A stretch of 64,000 bases of DNA from an uncultured archaeon (GCA_964584335.1 CAZOZN010000004.1:37248-101247); one strand, 5' to 3'; positions 17,441-28,028 are shown, numbered from the stretch's first letter. Numbers and translations: made by a program. The notes: generated by a model from the letters alone, not told the origin.

Positions 17441-19462
17441 ATGAATGTAGACCCAAAGAAATATTTCTATAAGAACTATGTTCTTAGTAATGGTGGTGTT
17501 CATCTTTTTAGATTTGTAAATACTAATTTCGGGTCAAAGTGGGCAGGTGTCTGGAATTTTGACAAGAAATTATTGGATTATTGGGCTTACAAAATAAATG
17601 ATGAATGGCTTTCTATGCATAATTGCAAAGATTTTGAAAATGATTATTGGCATGCAAAACACAAACACGTAATAGGAGATATTAATGTAACAGAAGATGT
17701 TGTTCCTGCAAAGGAAAAGATTATAAGCTTGTTGAAAATAAAAAACAATTCCGACTCTGAGAAAACTCTTAATATATTGCTCGAGGTTGGTGCAAATATA
17801 AGGTACAGAGATGAAAATTCTCACGATTATAAATATTCCGTAATTTCAAAAAATAACTTGGTTGAGGTAAAAAACAAAATAGGTACCCTCTGTTTCGGTA
17901 GTTCTGAAGGCAAGTTTGTTAAGAAAGAGATTTACGAAGACCATAAACCCGGAAAATATGCCGGACATTGCGGTTATTTTGTGGAGCCTGGTTTGGGAGG
18001 AAGCTGGAACGAGGATGTTCAGTCAAAATATGTTCCGGGTGAATATTTTGTTGAGTTGAATATAGGACCCGACGAGGAAAGAATTGTACCTTTTATTTTT
18101 TCAGAATCCAAAATAAGCAAAGTCAGTAATTACAAAGAATTAATTGAAGAATCAAGGAAAGAATACGAAAACTTAAAGAAAAATTATGTAAATAACAAGT
18201 ATCAGGATTTTTTTGATAAGACTTTGAGTTCCTTGATGTCTTTTAGAGTCGATAACGGTTTTATTGCTGGCTACCCGTTCTTCAATGAGATTTGGGTCAG
18301 GGATGCTTGCTGGTGTTTGCCAGCATATCTTTATTTAGGCATGACGGATGAAGTAAGAAACTTTATTGATTTTGTTGGTGATAAAATAAAGAAAGGAAAA
18401 GTACCGAGCCTTATAAATTCAAAGGAAGCAATTTACAATTCTTCGGATGTTTCCCCGTTGTGGATAATAGGCTTGTACGATTACTTAGATTTTACCGGTG
18501 ATAAGAAGTTTGGAAAATCTCTATTGAAAAAAGTTATTCAGGTTCTTGAATACGGAATTAAGAAAATGAATAAATATGTTGTAATGGATGACGGGTTTAC
18601 CTGGATGGATAGTATAGAAAGAAAAGGTGCTATAGACCTTCAGGCATTGTGGTCCCGTGCTTTCTATTGCGGCGGCAGGATACTTGAAATAAACAATAAA
18701 AATCCAAAAAAATATTATGATACCAGCTCTAAGATGATTGAAGAGATTAACAAGCATTACTGGAATGGAAAAGTTAAGGATAATGTTAGTAATAATTTTG
18801 AGTCACCGAACTTCCTTTTCCAGTTGGCTTTAATGCACACTTCAAAGGATGTATCAAAGTTTTTGTCTAGGACAATGAAAAAAGAATACCTTACTTCGGT
18901 TGGGATTAAATCAAGACCGTCTTCAGACAGCAATTATGACCCAAAGGGCTATCACACCGGTGCTGTATGGCCTTTTCTTACTTTAACTGCAGCCATGGCT
19001 CACTCGAACTATGATAATGTTAAAAACGCCAAGAAACTTCTGGATATAAACTTCTCTAATTTTGATAAGAACTGTATAAACGGTATAAATGAAATATTTT
19101 ATGCAGACAATCTTAAACCCAGGGGTTGTACGTCACAGGCATGGTCTGTTGCAGGCATAATTCCTGTTTTTGATGGTTATTTTTTAGGGATAAAACCAAA
19201 ACTTACCGAAGACATGATAATATTAAATCCTTACAATTTCTTTTTGAATAAATTTAATAGGAGAATAAAAATTGGTGGTAAATTTGTTGAGCTTAATTAC
19301 TCAAAGAATGGAGATAAAATCAAGCTTGATGTGAGTGGTTTGCCGGTAAAGGCAAAATTACCTAATTTTTATAAGGAAGTTTTTTTGAATGATAAGAAGG
19401 TAAATAGTAAAGTATTGATTTTAGAACCGAAAAAGAAACACTCTATTAGGCTTAAATTGTAA
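17441..19462 (+). CDS. Amylo-alpha-1,6-glucosidase (glycogen debranching enzyme-like)
   Basis: AGYPFF..W.RD, TWMD, YHTGAVWP and GCTSQAWS motifs. Confidence 0.88.
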   Translation: MNVDPKKYFYKNYVLSNGGVHLFRFVNTNFGSKWAGVWNFDKKLLDYWAYKINDEWLSMHNCKDFENDYWHAKHKHVIGDINVTEDVVPAKEKIISLLKIKNNSDSEKTLNILLEVGANIRYRDENSHDYKYSVISKNNLVEVKNKIGTLCFGSSEGKFVKKEIYEDHKPGKYAGHCGYFVEPGLGGSWNEDVQSKYVPGEYFVELNIGPDEERIVPFIFSESKISKVSNYKELIEESRKEYENLKKNYVNNKYQDFFDKTLSSLMSFRVDNGFIAGYPFFNEIWVRDACWCLPAYLYLGMTDEVRNFIDFVGDKIKKGKVPSLINSKEAIYNSSDVSPLWIIGLYDYLDFTGDKKFGKSLLKKVIQVLEYGIKKMNKYVVMDDGFTWMDSIERKGAIDLQALWSRAFYCGGRILEINNKNPKKYYDTSSKMIEEINKHYWNGKVKDNVSNNFESPNFLFQLALMHTSKDVSKFLSRTMKKEYLTSVGIKSRPSSDSNYDPKGYHTGAVWPFLTLTAAMAHSNYDNVKNAKKLLDINFSNFDKNCINGINEIFYADNLKPRGCTSQAWSVAGIIPVFDGYFLGIKPKLTEDMIILNPYNFFLNKFNRRIKIGGKFVELNYSKNGDKIKLDVSGLPVKAKLPNFYKEVFLNDKKVNSKVLILEPKKKHSIRLKL

Positions 19463-19548
19463 TATAAAAGCCCAATAGCCCAAAAAAATTAAGAAAAGAT
19501 TTAAATCAAGATGATAATTATTTACTATAGAATAGTACAAGTGATTCA

Positions 19549-20673
19549 ATGAAAGTGCTCATGATTGGCTGGGAATTTCCGCCCTATGTTTCCGGCGGAC
19601 TCGGTACCCACACATACGAACTTACAAGGAAGATGCCGAATGAAGTTAATATAACTTTTCTAATGCCTGACAGGGGTAAGTTGAATGTACCCTGGATGGA
19701 TATAAAGAGAGTCAGGGTTTCTGTTGGTTTTGGACCCTATACAACATTTACTGGTTCTGTGTTATCCAATACAATAATGGAAAGTGTGCAAAATTATGCC
19801 AGAGAAGTCTGCAAGATGTCTGAAGGTGTTGATTTTGACGTAATACATGCTCATGATTGGCTCACTGTTTTGGGTGGCATATGCGCAAAGAGAAAATCGG
19901 GAAAGCCGCTTATTTTTACTGTACATTCTACGGAATATGACAGGTCAATAGGGAATCCGTGCCCTTGGGTAATGGATGTGGAAAAGTATGGTATAAGAGA
20001 AGCAGACGGTATAATAGCTGTAAGCAAGAGAATAAAGAAACAAATTGTAGATAAATACGGGGCAGACCCCAAAAAAATAAGAGTAATATACAATGCTATT
20101 GATGCGTCTTCTTTTGATATGGGAATTAACCTTAAAAGTGACGAGGATATGATACTTTCTCTAGGAAGGTTAACTCTTCACAAGGGGATTGACCATCTTT
20201 TAAGGGCCGCCAAAATAGTTGTAGATAATCACCCAAAGGCAAAATTTGTTATAGCCGGAAAGGGTGATAAATTCAAGGAACTTCTCGAGCTTTCAATAGA
20301 TTTAGGCATAGAGGATAATGTTTTTTTCCTTGGTTATGTGCCCCAAGAGGATATACCGAGGCTTTATTCAAGGGCTGATGTTTTTGTATTGCCGTCCGTT
20401 TTTGAGCCTTTTGGTATAACCGCGCTTGAGGCCATGGCCGCAGGAACCCCCACAATAATATCAAAAACTTCTGGAGTTTCAGAGGTAACCAGAAATGTTT
20501 TTAAGATAGATTTTTGGGATACAGAAAAAATGGCCAGCAGGATACTGGAGATATTAAACTATAAAGAACTTTATCATGAAATGTCTAACAACTGTAAGAG
20601 CGAGGCAAAAACAATAACATGGGAAGATATAGGAAAAGAGACGAGAGATTTTTATAAGTCTGTTATAAAATAA
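19549..20673 (+). CDS. GT4 glycosyltransferase (glycogen-synthase related)
   Basis: GWEFPP..GGLG, HAHDW and EPFGITALEA motifs. Confidence 0.92.
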   Translation: MKVLMIGWEFPPYVSGGLGTHTYELTRKMPNEVNITFLMPDRGKLNVPWMDIKRVRVSVGFGPYTTFTGSVLSNTIMESVQNYAREVCKMSEGVDFDVIHAHDWLTVLGGICAKRKSGKPLIFTVHSTEYDRSIGNPCPWVMDVEKYGIREADGIIAVSKRIKKQIVDKYGADPKKIRVIYNAIDASSFDMGINLKSDEDMILSLGRLTLHKGIDHLLRAAKIVVDNHPKAKFVIAGKGDKFKELLELSIDLGIEDNVFFLGYVPQEDIPRLYSRADVFVLPSVFEPFGITALEAMAAGTPTIISKTSGVSEVTRNVFKIDFWDTEKMASRILEILNYKELYHEMSNNCKSEAKTITWEDIGKETRDFYKSVIK

Positions 20674-20690
20674 TTATAGGTTTGGGTAAT

Positions 20691-21878
20691 ATGACAAAAG
20701 TTTGCATGTATTTTCAGGTACACCAGCCCTTCAGGCTGAGCACTTTCAATTATTTTTCGAGTGGTTCTAATTACTTTGACGAAAAAAAGAATTCCGCTAT
20801 TTTTGAAAAGGTTGCCAATAAATGTTACATACCCACGACAAAAAAGATAATTGAATTGGTTAAAAATCATCCAGAATTTAAGGTAAGTTTTTCGTTTTCC
20901 GGTGTTTTTCTTGAACAGGCCATGAAATACAAACCAGAGGTTATAGAGATATACAAGAATTTGTATGATACCGGAAATATGGATATATTAAACGAGACTT
21001 ATTATCATTCTCTTGCATATCTTGTGATGAACGAAGAATTTGATGAGCAGGTAAAGATGCACAGCAAGCTGATAAAAGATATTTTTGGCCACAAGGCAAA
21101 AGTTTTCAGGAACACCGAAGCCATGCTTTCAAATGACATGGCCAAGAAAGTAGATTCAATGGGTTATAAAGGAATTGTCGGTGAAGGATGGGACAAGATA
21201 CTGGGCTGGAGGTCTCCGAATTACATATATCAATCCAGCACTTCTGACATAAAACTCCTTTTAAGAAATTACAGATTGAGCGATGACATAGGTTTCCGTT
21301 TCTCAAAAGCAGACTGGGTTGAGTATCCTCTTACTGCTGACAAATATGCTTCTTGGCTTTCTTCAACAAACGGACAAACTATAAACCTTTTTATAGATTA
21401 TGAAACTTTTGGCGAGCATCAATGGAAGGAGACGGGGATATTTGATTTTCTTGAGTACCTTCCAAAAGAAGTTTCAAAACACAATAACCTTGAATGGGCA
21501 AAGATAAGCGAACTTGTTGACATGGAACCAAAGGACAGGGTAGACATACCGCACATATTGTCATGGGCTGATGTAGACAGAGACCTATCTGCCTGGCTCG
21601 GGAACAAAATGCAGGACAGTGCATTCAGCAAAATGAAGAAAATAGGAAAAATGATAAGAGAGTCCGGTGACAAGGAAATGATGGATATTTGGAGAAAGTT
21701 ACAAACTTCTGACCATTTTTATTACATGTGCACTAAGTGGTTTGATGACGGAGACATACACAAGTACTTTAACACTTACAAAAATCCTTACGAAGCATAT
21801 TCTAACTACATGAATATACTGAATAATATCAGGTCAGAATTAGTTTCCAGAACTTCTCTCAACAGCAAGAGCGTATGA
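20691..21878 (+). CDS. GH57 alpha-amylase
   Basis: VHQP, ETYYHSL, FRNTE, DYETFGEH and SWAD motifs. Confidence 0.93.
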   Translation: MTKVCMYFQVHQPFRLSTFNYFSSGSNYFDEKKNSAIFEKVANKCYIPTTKKIIELVKNHPEFKVSFSFSGVFLEQAMKYKPEVIEIYKNLYDTGNMDILNETYYHSLAYLVMNEEFDEQVKMHSKLIKDIFGHKAKVFRNTEAMLSNDMAKKVDSMGYKGIVGEGWDKILGWRSPNYIYQSSTSDIKLLLRNYRLSDDIGFRFSKADWVEYPLTADKYASWLSSTNGQTINLFIDYETFGEHQWKETGIFDFLEYLPKEVSKHNNLEWAKISELVDMEPKDRVDIPHILSWADVDRDLSAWLGNKMQDSAFSKMKKIGKMIRESGDKEMMDIWRKLQTSDHFYYMCTKWFDDGDIHKYFNTYKNPYEAYSNYMNILNNIRSELVSRTSLNSKSV

Positions 21879-23666
21879 ATTGATATAGCTTTTTATCTGT
21901 TCTTCCCAGCATGCCAGCTTTGCTATTTCATATGCCTTGAGTTCTATTTTCTTTCTTTCGTTTCTTTTTGTCATTATGTACTTTTCTAAGAGATTCGCAA
22001 CTTTTTTTACAGTTTCTTCTCTGGGCTTGTTCACAGCTCCAACCACTTCTACAGGATTTATGTTTTTATTTTTTTGCTCTTTCTCTTTCTCGTAAAAATT
22101 TTTCTGTACAAATTTCCCAAACCCGGTATAATCTGTTGTTATTGCTATATTTCCGTATACTGCTGTTTCATGACCCATGTATCCCCAAGGTTCATACCTT
22201 GAGAGCATAACACCCAGATCGCTTGCTATTAATGCTTCTTTATAATCCAGTCCTAATAGCTCGTCTTCTCTGTTTAGGTAAACCGGATAAAAAATTATTT
22301 TTACATTATCTTCTTCTTTGTTTTCTAATCTATTTTCAACGATTTTTTTTATTATCTGGTCATCTTCTTCTCTTGATGAAAGCTTGAATGCGTTTATTGG
22401 CGGGTTGAGTCCCTTCCTGCTTCTTATCTTACTGAAGCTGGTTTTTATGTCAGCGAAAATCTTGTTTGAAATTATGTCTGTTTTTTCTATATTTTCGCCT
22501 CTGGAAAGCTTTGATATTATTTTTTCTTTTATTTCTTCCCAGTCGAGGTCCAGTATTTCTTCGAGCCGGTCGTAAACAAGAAAATTACTTACTACTTCAT
22601 CTTTTGCCGCTATTGTACCTCTAGGAACCCATATAAAAACTATTGCATTTTTTTTGGTTTTCTTTAGTTTCTTATTTAGTTCACCCAAGGCATCTATAAA
22701 AATATCATAACCTTTATTCTCGAATTCGTATCTCCCTGCCGTGAACAAGACAGGACAGTTTTCAACATCGATGGGGTAATAAGGTGCAAAGTACGCTCTT
22801 ATAAAATCATTCATTTTTTTCCTGTAACCGGCTTTTTTGACCAGTAATTCACTTTGAGTCGGAACTTCTTCAAAGTCAAGACCGTTTACAGTTATTATAT
22901 CAGGATTTTTGCCTAGAACTATACCAACTTCTTCACCTACAACATCGCTAACTGTTGTAAATACATCTGCTTTTTTTGCAGTCATTTTCTCCATTAAATG
23001 TTTACTTATAACTCCGTTTTCATATGCCTTTTCTTCTTTGTTTGTTTTTTTGTCCATAAAAGACATATCGTTCTTTGATGCCATGGTTCTTCCTAGCGTG
23101 GTTGCGTGAGTTGTAAAAACAGTAGAAACGTTTGAGTTTTTCATTTTTAGATAAAGAAGACCCGCTCCCGCCAGCCATTCATGAAAATGTGCCACAGAAT
23201 TCTTATTCGGTTCCAGGTTGGATAATTTTTCTATCAATTTGCCTGCTGCATATGACCAAGCAACAGGTTCTCTGTAATCATCACCTGCGTTAAGTGAGTC
23301 TATTTTGTATTTTTCCCACAGAATTTTATTTATTGTGTTTACATTGTTCCTTTGGAATTCTATTGTATCGAGCAGTATTATCGGTACATCATGTGCATCT
23401 GCCCATATACCGTATATGCAAGTTATTCCTTCTTTTTTTAACTCTCCGAATATTTTCTTCATGTTCTGCGGAGGGTCCTTTTCAACTACTTCTATTAGAG
23501 AATTTTTTTTGTTGTAAAAACCTATGGTTATGTATTCATTACCATAAATTTTCTTCAAATATTTTGCCTTCGAGGCCAGTACGGTATGTATTCCGCCTAC
23601 ACGGTTACCTGCCTCAAAAGATACCTCGTATAACTTATCAACTAACTTAACTTTGTTTGATTTCAT
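21840..23666 (-). CDS. GT3-family glycogen synthase
   Basis: EVSFE..N.VGGI.TVL.SK, HFHEWL, TTHAT.LGR, GRYEF.NKG and YEPWGY motifs. Confidence 0.9.
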   Translation of the reverse strand: MKSNKVKLVDKLYEVSFEAGNRVGGIHTVLASKAKYLKKIYGNEYITIGFYNKKNSLIEVVEKDPPQNMKKIFGELKKEGITCIYGIWADAHDVPIILLDTIEFQRNNVNTINKILWEKYKIDSLNAGDDYREPVAWSYAAGKLIEKLSNLEPNKNSVAHFHEWLAGAGLLYLKMKNSNVSTVFTTHATTLGRTMASKNDMSFMDKKTNKEEKAYENGVISKHLMEKMTAKKADVFTTVSDVVGEEVGIVLGKNPDIITVNGLDFEEVPTQSELLVKKAGYRKKMNDFIRAYFAPYYPIDVENCPVLFTAGRYEFENKGYDIFIDALGELNKKLKKTKKNAIVFIWVPRGTIAAKDEVVSNFLVYDRLEEILDLDWEEIKEKIISKLSRGENIEKTDIISNKIFADIKTSFSKIRSRKGLNPPINAFKLSSREEDDQIIKKIVENRLENKEEDNVKIIFYPVYLNREDELLGLDYKEALIASDLGVMLSRYEPWGYMGHETAVYGNIAITTDYTGFGKFVQKNFYEKEKEQKNKNINPVEVVGAVNKPREETVKKVANLLEKYIMTKRNERKKIELKAYEIAKLACWEEQIKSYINSYALAVERSSGN

Positions 23667-23702
23667 CGTGTCTCCTCTAAGGAATTAATAAAAATAAAAA
23701 AA

Positions 23703-24020
23703 TTATAATTTAAGCTTCTTTTTTAATTTGTTTGCTGCTGTCTTTTTTGTTCTAGATTTTTTTATTTCTTTTGCGAGCTTTTTTTCCTTGAAGACATCTT
23801 TTACCCAATTATAAAAGTCGTTTTTTTCTTTGTTTACGTGATAATCATAAGTTCCCTTGCTCATGTTTCTTAGTGCTGATTCTAGTTCTTTTAGGTTTTT
23901 AAGTACTCTTCCGTCGCAAAGCCAAAATCTCTTGTCTTCCGGTACATTCTTTATTATCTTGCTTGATTTTTTGGATTTTTTTGTTTTCTTAGTTTTTTTC
24001 TTAACACCCTTTTTCACCAT
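23703..24020 (-). CDS. Small basic protein, DUF5752-like, associated with glycogen genes
   Basis: FWLCDG..LKNL.EL...L..M....Y.YHV....NDF..WV motif. Confidence 0.75.
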   Translation of the reverse strand: MVKKGVKKKTKKTKKSKKSSKIIKNVPEDKRFWLCDGRVLKNLKELESALRNMSKGTYDYHVNKEKNDFYNWVKDVFKEKKLAKEIKKSRTKKTAANKLKKKLKL

Positions 24021-24091
24021 TTTTTCACCTCAAAATTATTTAATGAAGCCTAAATATAAACTTTTTATACTTATAGGGTCTTACAGTAAGT

Positions 24092-24247
24092 ATGTCAAAA
24101 GATGAGAACAAAATGCCAATGAGCACTGCAGGACTTACGAGATATTTTGATGAAAGCCCTGAAGCTCTCAAGCTAAGACCGGAACATGTTGCAGGTCTTA
24201 TAGTAGGTCTTGTTTTTTTGGAGATATTTCTATACCTTTATCTTTAG
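24092..24247 (+). CDS. secG: Preprotein translocase subunit Sec61beta (51 aa; not in ORF track)
   Basis: MSKDENKMPMSTAGLTRYFDESPEALKLRPEHV followed by a C-terminal TM helix. Confidence 0.9.
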   Translation: MSKDENKMPMSTAGLTRYFDESPEALKLRPEHVAGLIVGLVFLEIFLYLYL

Positions 24248-24280
24248 AATTTATTTATTCTTTGAGTGAAAAGTTTAATC

Positions 24281-25111
24281 ATGAAGATATTACTGGGTCC
24301 TGCAGGCATACCTCTTTCAGCCAAGGGAAAGGGAACCATAGAAGGCATAAAGGAAGTAAGTAATTTAGGTCTCAGTGCAATGGAAGTCGAGTTTGTACGC
24401 GGAGTGAAGATGAAGAACCAAACAGCTGAAGAAATCGGTTTAGTGCGTAAAAAATTCAATATAAAATTGTCTGTACACGCTCCTTACTACATTAATCTTG
24501 CTTCTTCTGACTACAAAAAGATAGAAGCTTCTAAGAAGAGAATTTTAAGGTCTTGTGAAAGAGCACATTACATGGGAGCAAGTCCTGTTGTTTTTCATCC
24601 AGCATACTATGGCAAATACAAGCCTGAAGAAGCTTATGATGTTGTGAAGAAAGAGATACTTGAAATAACTGATAGTATAAGAGATAACGGCTGGAAGGTA
24701 AAAATTGCTCCAGAAACTACGGGTAAAGTTTCCCAGTTTGGAACACTTGATGAACTAGTGATGCTTCTAAAGGAAATAAAAGACAAAAACTGTGAGCTTT
24801 GTCTTGACTTCGCACACATGTGGGCGCGTTATCAGGGCAGTGTAGATTATAATGATGTAATGAATAAGGCAAAATCTCTAAAGCAGGACCTTCTTCATAC
24901 TCATTTTTCTCAGATTGAGTTTACAGAGAAAGGCGAACGCAGACATCTTACTTTTGAAGATGCTGATATGAAAACACCGCCCGTTATCGATGTTTGTAAA
25001 GCGATAATCAAATCAGGACAAAGCACAAGGATAATATCGGAGAGTCCTGTTCTTGAAGAGGATTCTTTTAAAATGAAAGATATATTCACCAAACTCGGAT
25101 ATAGTTTTTAA
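24281..25111 (+). CDS. nfo: Endonuclease IV (AP endonuclease 2 family)
   Basis: HAPYYINL, VFHP, ETTGK.SQFG, DFAH and GERRH motifs. Confidence 0.9.
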   Translation: MKILLGPAGIPLSAKGKGTIEGIKEVSNLGLSAMEVEFVRGVKMKNQTAEEIGLVRKKFNIKLSVHAPYYINLASSDYKKIEASKKRILRSCERAHYMGASPVVFHPAYYGKYKPEEAYDVVKKEILEITDSIRDNGWKVKIAPETTGKVSQFGTLDELVMLLKEIKDKNCELCLDFAHMWARYQGSVDYNDVMNKAKSLKQDLLHTHFSQIEFTEKGERRHLTFEDADMKTPPVIDVCKAIIKSGQSTRIISESPVLEEDSFKMKDIFTKLGYSF

Positions 25112-25141
25112 TTATTTAATTAAAGCATTACAATTATTTTT

Positions 25142-26818
25142 ATGTTTGATAAGTTTAAGGCAGAAGCTCTGGAAATTCTGAATGCTTATGATTTTGAGGC
25201 AAAAATTATAGAAGAACCTCCAAATCCTGAGATGGGTGATTTGGCTTTTCCCTGTTTTGAACTTGCCAAATCTATGGGAAAAAATCCGGTCAAACTTGCA
25301 AGAGATATTGTTGAAATAATAAAAATTCCGGATAATTCGGTTTTCAAAGAAGTTAAACAGTACGGTCCCTATGTAAATTTCTTTTTTGACAGAAAGAAGT
25401 TTACTAAGAAAATTTTAACAGAATCAAAAAAGAAAGAATACGGTGCTGGAAACAATAGTGAAAAAATAATGGTGGAATACCCTGCACCAAATACAAACAA
25501 ACCATTGCACATAGGCCATATGAGAAATATGGCTATTGGTGAGTCTATTTCTAGAATTTTTGAAAAGAGGGGTTGCAATGTTATAAGAGTTAACTTGCTC
25601 AACGACCGTGGAATACACATATGCAAGTCAATGTTAGCCTATAAGAAGTGGGGAAAAGATAAAGAGCCGGATAAGAAAAGTGATCATTTTGTCGGAGATT
25701 ACTATGTTCTTTTTGCAAACAGGTCAAAAGAAAATCCTGAGCTGGAGAAAGAGGCTCAGGAGATGCTAAAAAAATGGGAATCCGGTGACGAGGATGTCTT
25801 GTTTTTATGGAAAAGGATGAATAACTGGGCTGAGAACGGTATGGAAGAAACTTTCAAGAGATTCGGAGTAAAGTTTGACAAGGTTTACAAGGAAAGTGAG
25901 ATGTATAAAATGGGCAAGGAAATGGTAATGGAAGGTCTTAAAAACAATGTTTTTGATAAGGACGATTCCGGTGCCATTTTTTTCGACCTTTCAGACAAGG
26001 ACCTGGATAAGAAATTCCTAGTAAGAGGAGACGGTACTACTCTTTATGTTACCCAGGACTTATATCTTGCGGCATTGAAATACACCGATTACAGACCTGA
26101 CAAATCTGTATATATTGTTGCCAACGAGCAGAATTATCATTTTGATGTTCTTTTTATCCTTCTTGAAGAGCTAAGAAAACTTGGCTTCAAGTTTGCTGAA
26201 GAGAATATTCATCTGAACTATGGAATGGTCAGGCTTACCTCAGGAAAAATAAAATCAAGAGAAGGCACAAAAGTTGATGCGGATGACTTGATGGATGAAG
26301 TAAAGGAAATGGCTCTGAATGAAATAAAGAAAAGGAAAAAGTCCGATCTGGAGGATGTGGATAAGTTGGCCGAGAAGATTGCTCTGGGCGCCATAAAATT
26401 CTTTTTGTTGAAGTACAGCGAATACAAGGATTTTACTTTCATACCTAAAGAATCCCTTTCTCTTGAAGGAGAGACCGGACCTTATTTGCAATATTCCCTT
26501 GTTAGGGCAAAAAAGATTATTGAGAAGACAAAAGAAACACCAAAGACGGAAGGATTGGACGAAGATGAAGAGTTCGAACTTGCAAAAAAGATTTCAAAAT
26601 TCCCTTCTAAAGTAGAAAGTGCTGCGGAAAACTACAAGCCTCACCTTATAGCAAACTATGCATATGAACTTTCTTCAGTTTTTTCTAAATTCTACGAAAA
26701 GTGTAACGTAATTGGAGATAAAAAAGAGAAAGAAAGGTTGGGGTTATTGTGGTCCTTCATCCATGTAATGAGAAATTGTCTGGACCTTCTAGGGATCGAA
26801 GAAGTTGAATCAATGTGA
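25142..26818 (+). CDS. argS: Arginine--tRNA ligase
   Basis: PNTNKPLHIGH, DGTTLY, KSREG and GPYLQY motifs. Confidence 0.97.
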   Translation: MFDKFKAEALEILNAYDFEAKIIEEPPNPEMGDLAFPCFELAKSMGKNPVKLARDIVEIIKIPDNSVFKEVKQYGPYVNFFFDRKKFTKKILTESKKKEYGAGNNSEKIMVEYPAPNTNKPLHIGHMRNMAIGESISRIFEKRGCNVIRVNLLNDRGIHICKSMLAYKKWGKDKEPDKKSDHFVGDYYVLFANRSKENPELEKEAQEMLKKWESGDEDVLFLWKRMNNWAENGMEETFKRFGVKFDKVYKESEMYKMGKEMVMEGLKNNVFDKDDSGAIFFDLSDKDLDKKFLVRGDGTTLYVTQDLYLAALKYTDYRPDKSVYIVANEQNYHFDVLFILLEELRKLGFKFAEENIHLNYGMVRLTSGKIKSREGTKVDADDLMDEVKEMALNEIKKRKKSDLEDVDKLAEKIALGAIKFFLLKYSEYKDFTFIPKESLSLEGETGPYLQYSLVRAKKIIEKTKETPKTEGLDEDEEFELAKKISKFPSKVESAAENYKPHLIANYAYELSSVFSKFYEKCNVIGDKKEKERLGLLWSFIHVMRNCLDLLGIEEVESM

Positions 26819-26970
26819 ATAAAAAGCCTTGCTGTATTGATTTATATCTACTCCAGAAATCCCTCCCATTTTGCCTGTTAGGGCTATCTCATTCATTCCT
26901 TGGGTAATCTTGGATATGTATCTCATATACTTATTCTTGTTACGACAATATAAAAGATTGACTTCGACAA

Positions 26971-27615
26971 TTATACTTTAAAACGTTCATTGTTAAATTT
27001 TTTAATATATTCAATTATACCAGGAAATTCCATTGTAGTAAAGTCAACTAAATCACCAAGCTCTTTACAATTATTACCTACTTTTATTGACCTAACGTCA
27101 AAATTTTGTTCTTCTCTTAAGTTTCTCACATGAAGAGCAGAATCAATATCGTTTATGTCATCTACAATACAATACCCGTTTTGATATTCTTTGCAAAGTT
27201 CTTCTATAACAGATTTTTTACCACCGTTTACTTCTCTTACTTTTATATTTCCATTTTCAGAATTAATTCTCTTTGCTACAAAAACACCATCCAGTAACTG
27301 ATTACCATTATGCCTGAATCTTTCCTTGAATTCATTTTCATATATTCCGTAAAAGGGGTTATCAGTGTTGGCGTATATATCAAAATTCATTTCTTTAAGT
27401 TCTTGAAGAGTATCCATAACACCGTTCTTTATTTCTGAATCAGAAACTACGTCATAACTTAATTTCCCTATATCAAGACCTTTGGTGTCAATTTTTTCAA
27501 GGGCGTAAGGGTTTTTCTTACATTCATCATGAACTTCACCCAGCCCGTATTTTTCAGCTACTTTTCTTGAATCTATTATAGGTCCGTCTAAATCTGTTGA
27601 AATAAATTTTTTCAT
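26971..27615 (-). CDS. HAD-superfamily hydrolase-like protein
   Basis: N-terminal DLDG (DxD motif) and C-terminal DD.ND. Confidence 0.65.
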   Translation of the reverse strand: MKKFISTDLDGPIIDSRKVAEKYGLGEVHDECKKNPYALEKIDTKGLDIGKLSYDVVSDSEIKNGVMDTLQELKEMNFDIYANTDNPFYGIYENEFKERFRHNGNQLLDGVFVAKRINSENGNIKVREVNGGKKSVIEELCKEYQNGYCIVDDINDIDSALHVRNLREEQNFDVRSIKVGNNCKELGDLVDFTTMEFPGIIEYIKKFNNERFKV

Positions 27616-27628
27616 CAAAATCACTACA

Positions 27629-27751
27629 TTAATCGATTAAGTCGAAACTTCCTTTGTAAGGTATTTTTCTCGGATTCAATGAATTGTAACCTATTTCATT
27701 TCGACCCGATTTTGGCCTTAAATTATCATCTTTTTCGTATATGTCCATCAT
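27629..27751 (-). CDS. 40-aa peptide, paralog of the upstream 62-aa peptide (not in ORF track)
   Basis: MMDIYEKDDNLRPKSGRNEIGYNSLNPRKIPYKGSFDLID, with SD AGGTGA. Confidence 0.65.
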   Translation of the reverse strand: MMDIYEKDDNLRPKSGRNEIGYNSLNPRKIPYKGSFDLID

Positions 27752-27829
27752 AAAATCACCTTTTGAAAAGGTATATAAAGCGGCTTATAAATCTTACTAC
27801 GACAAAAAACAAAAAAATCGTCATTAGCA

Positions 27830-28018
27830 TTAGCCTATTAAGTCAAAACTCTTTTTGTAAAGTATTTTTTCTCTGCCGCCATTATATCCATTACCGTTCT
27901 CGTATCCTATTATTCCGTGCATGCTTTGTAGCCTGTCAATTTCGTAACGTTCTCTTTGTGCTACTATTTTTTCATGCCATGGTATGTCATCGTTGTCTAT
28001 CCTAAGTGATACTCCCAT
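27830..28018 (-). CDS. 62-aa peptide ending KILYKKSFDLIG
   Basis: ATG after SD GAGGTGA, directly downstream of the polyprenyl synthase stop. Confidence 0.65.
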   Translation of the reverse strand: MGVSLRIDNDDIPWHEKIVAQRERYEIDRLQSMHGIIGYENGNGYNGGREKILYKKSFDLIG

Positions 28019-28028
28019 TAAATCACCT

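Noticed and set aside
26809-26927. Possible ~38-aa minus-strand ORF (MRYISKITQG...) after argS
   Set aside because: It has no SD, motif or recognisable homology, so it cannot be supported.
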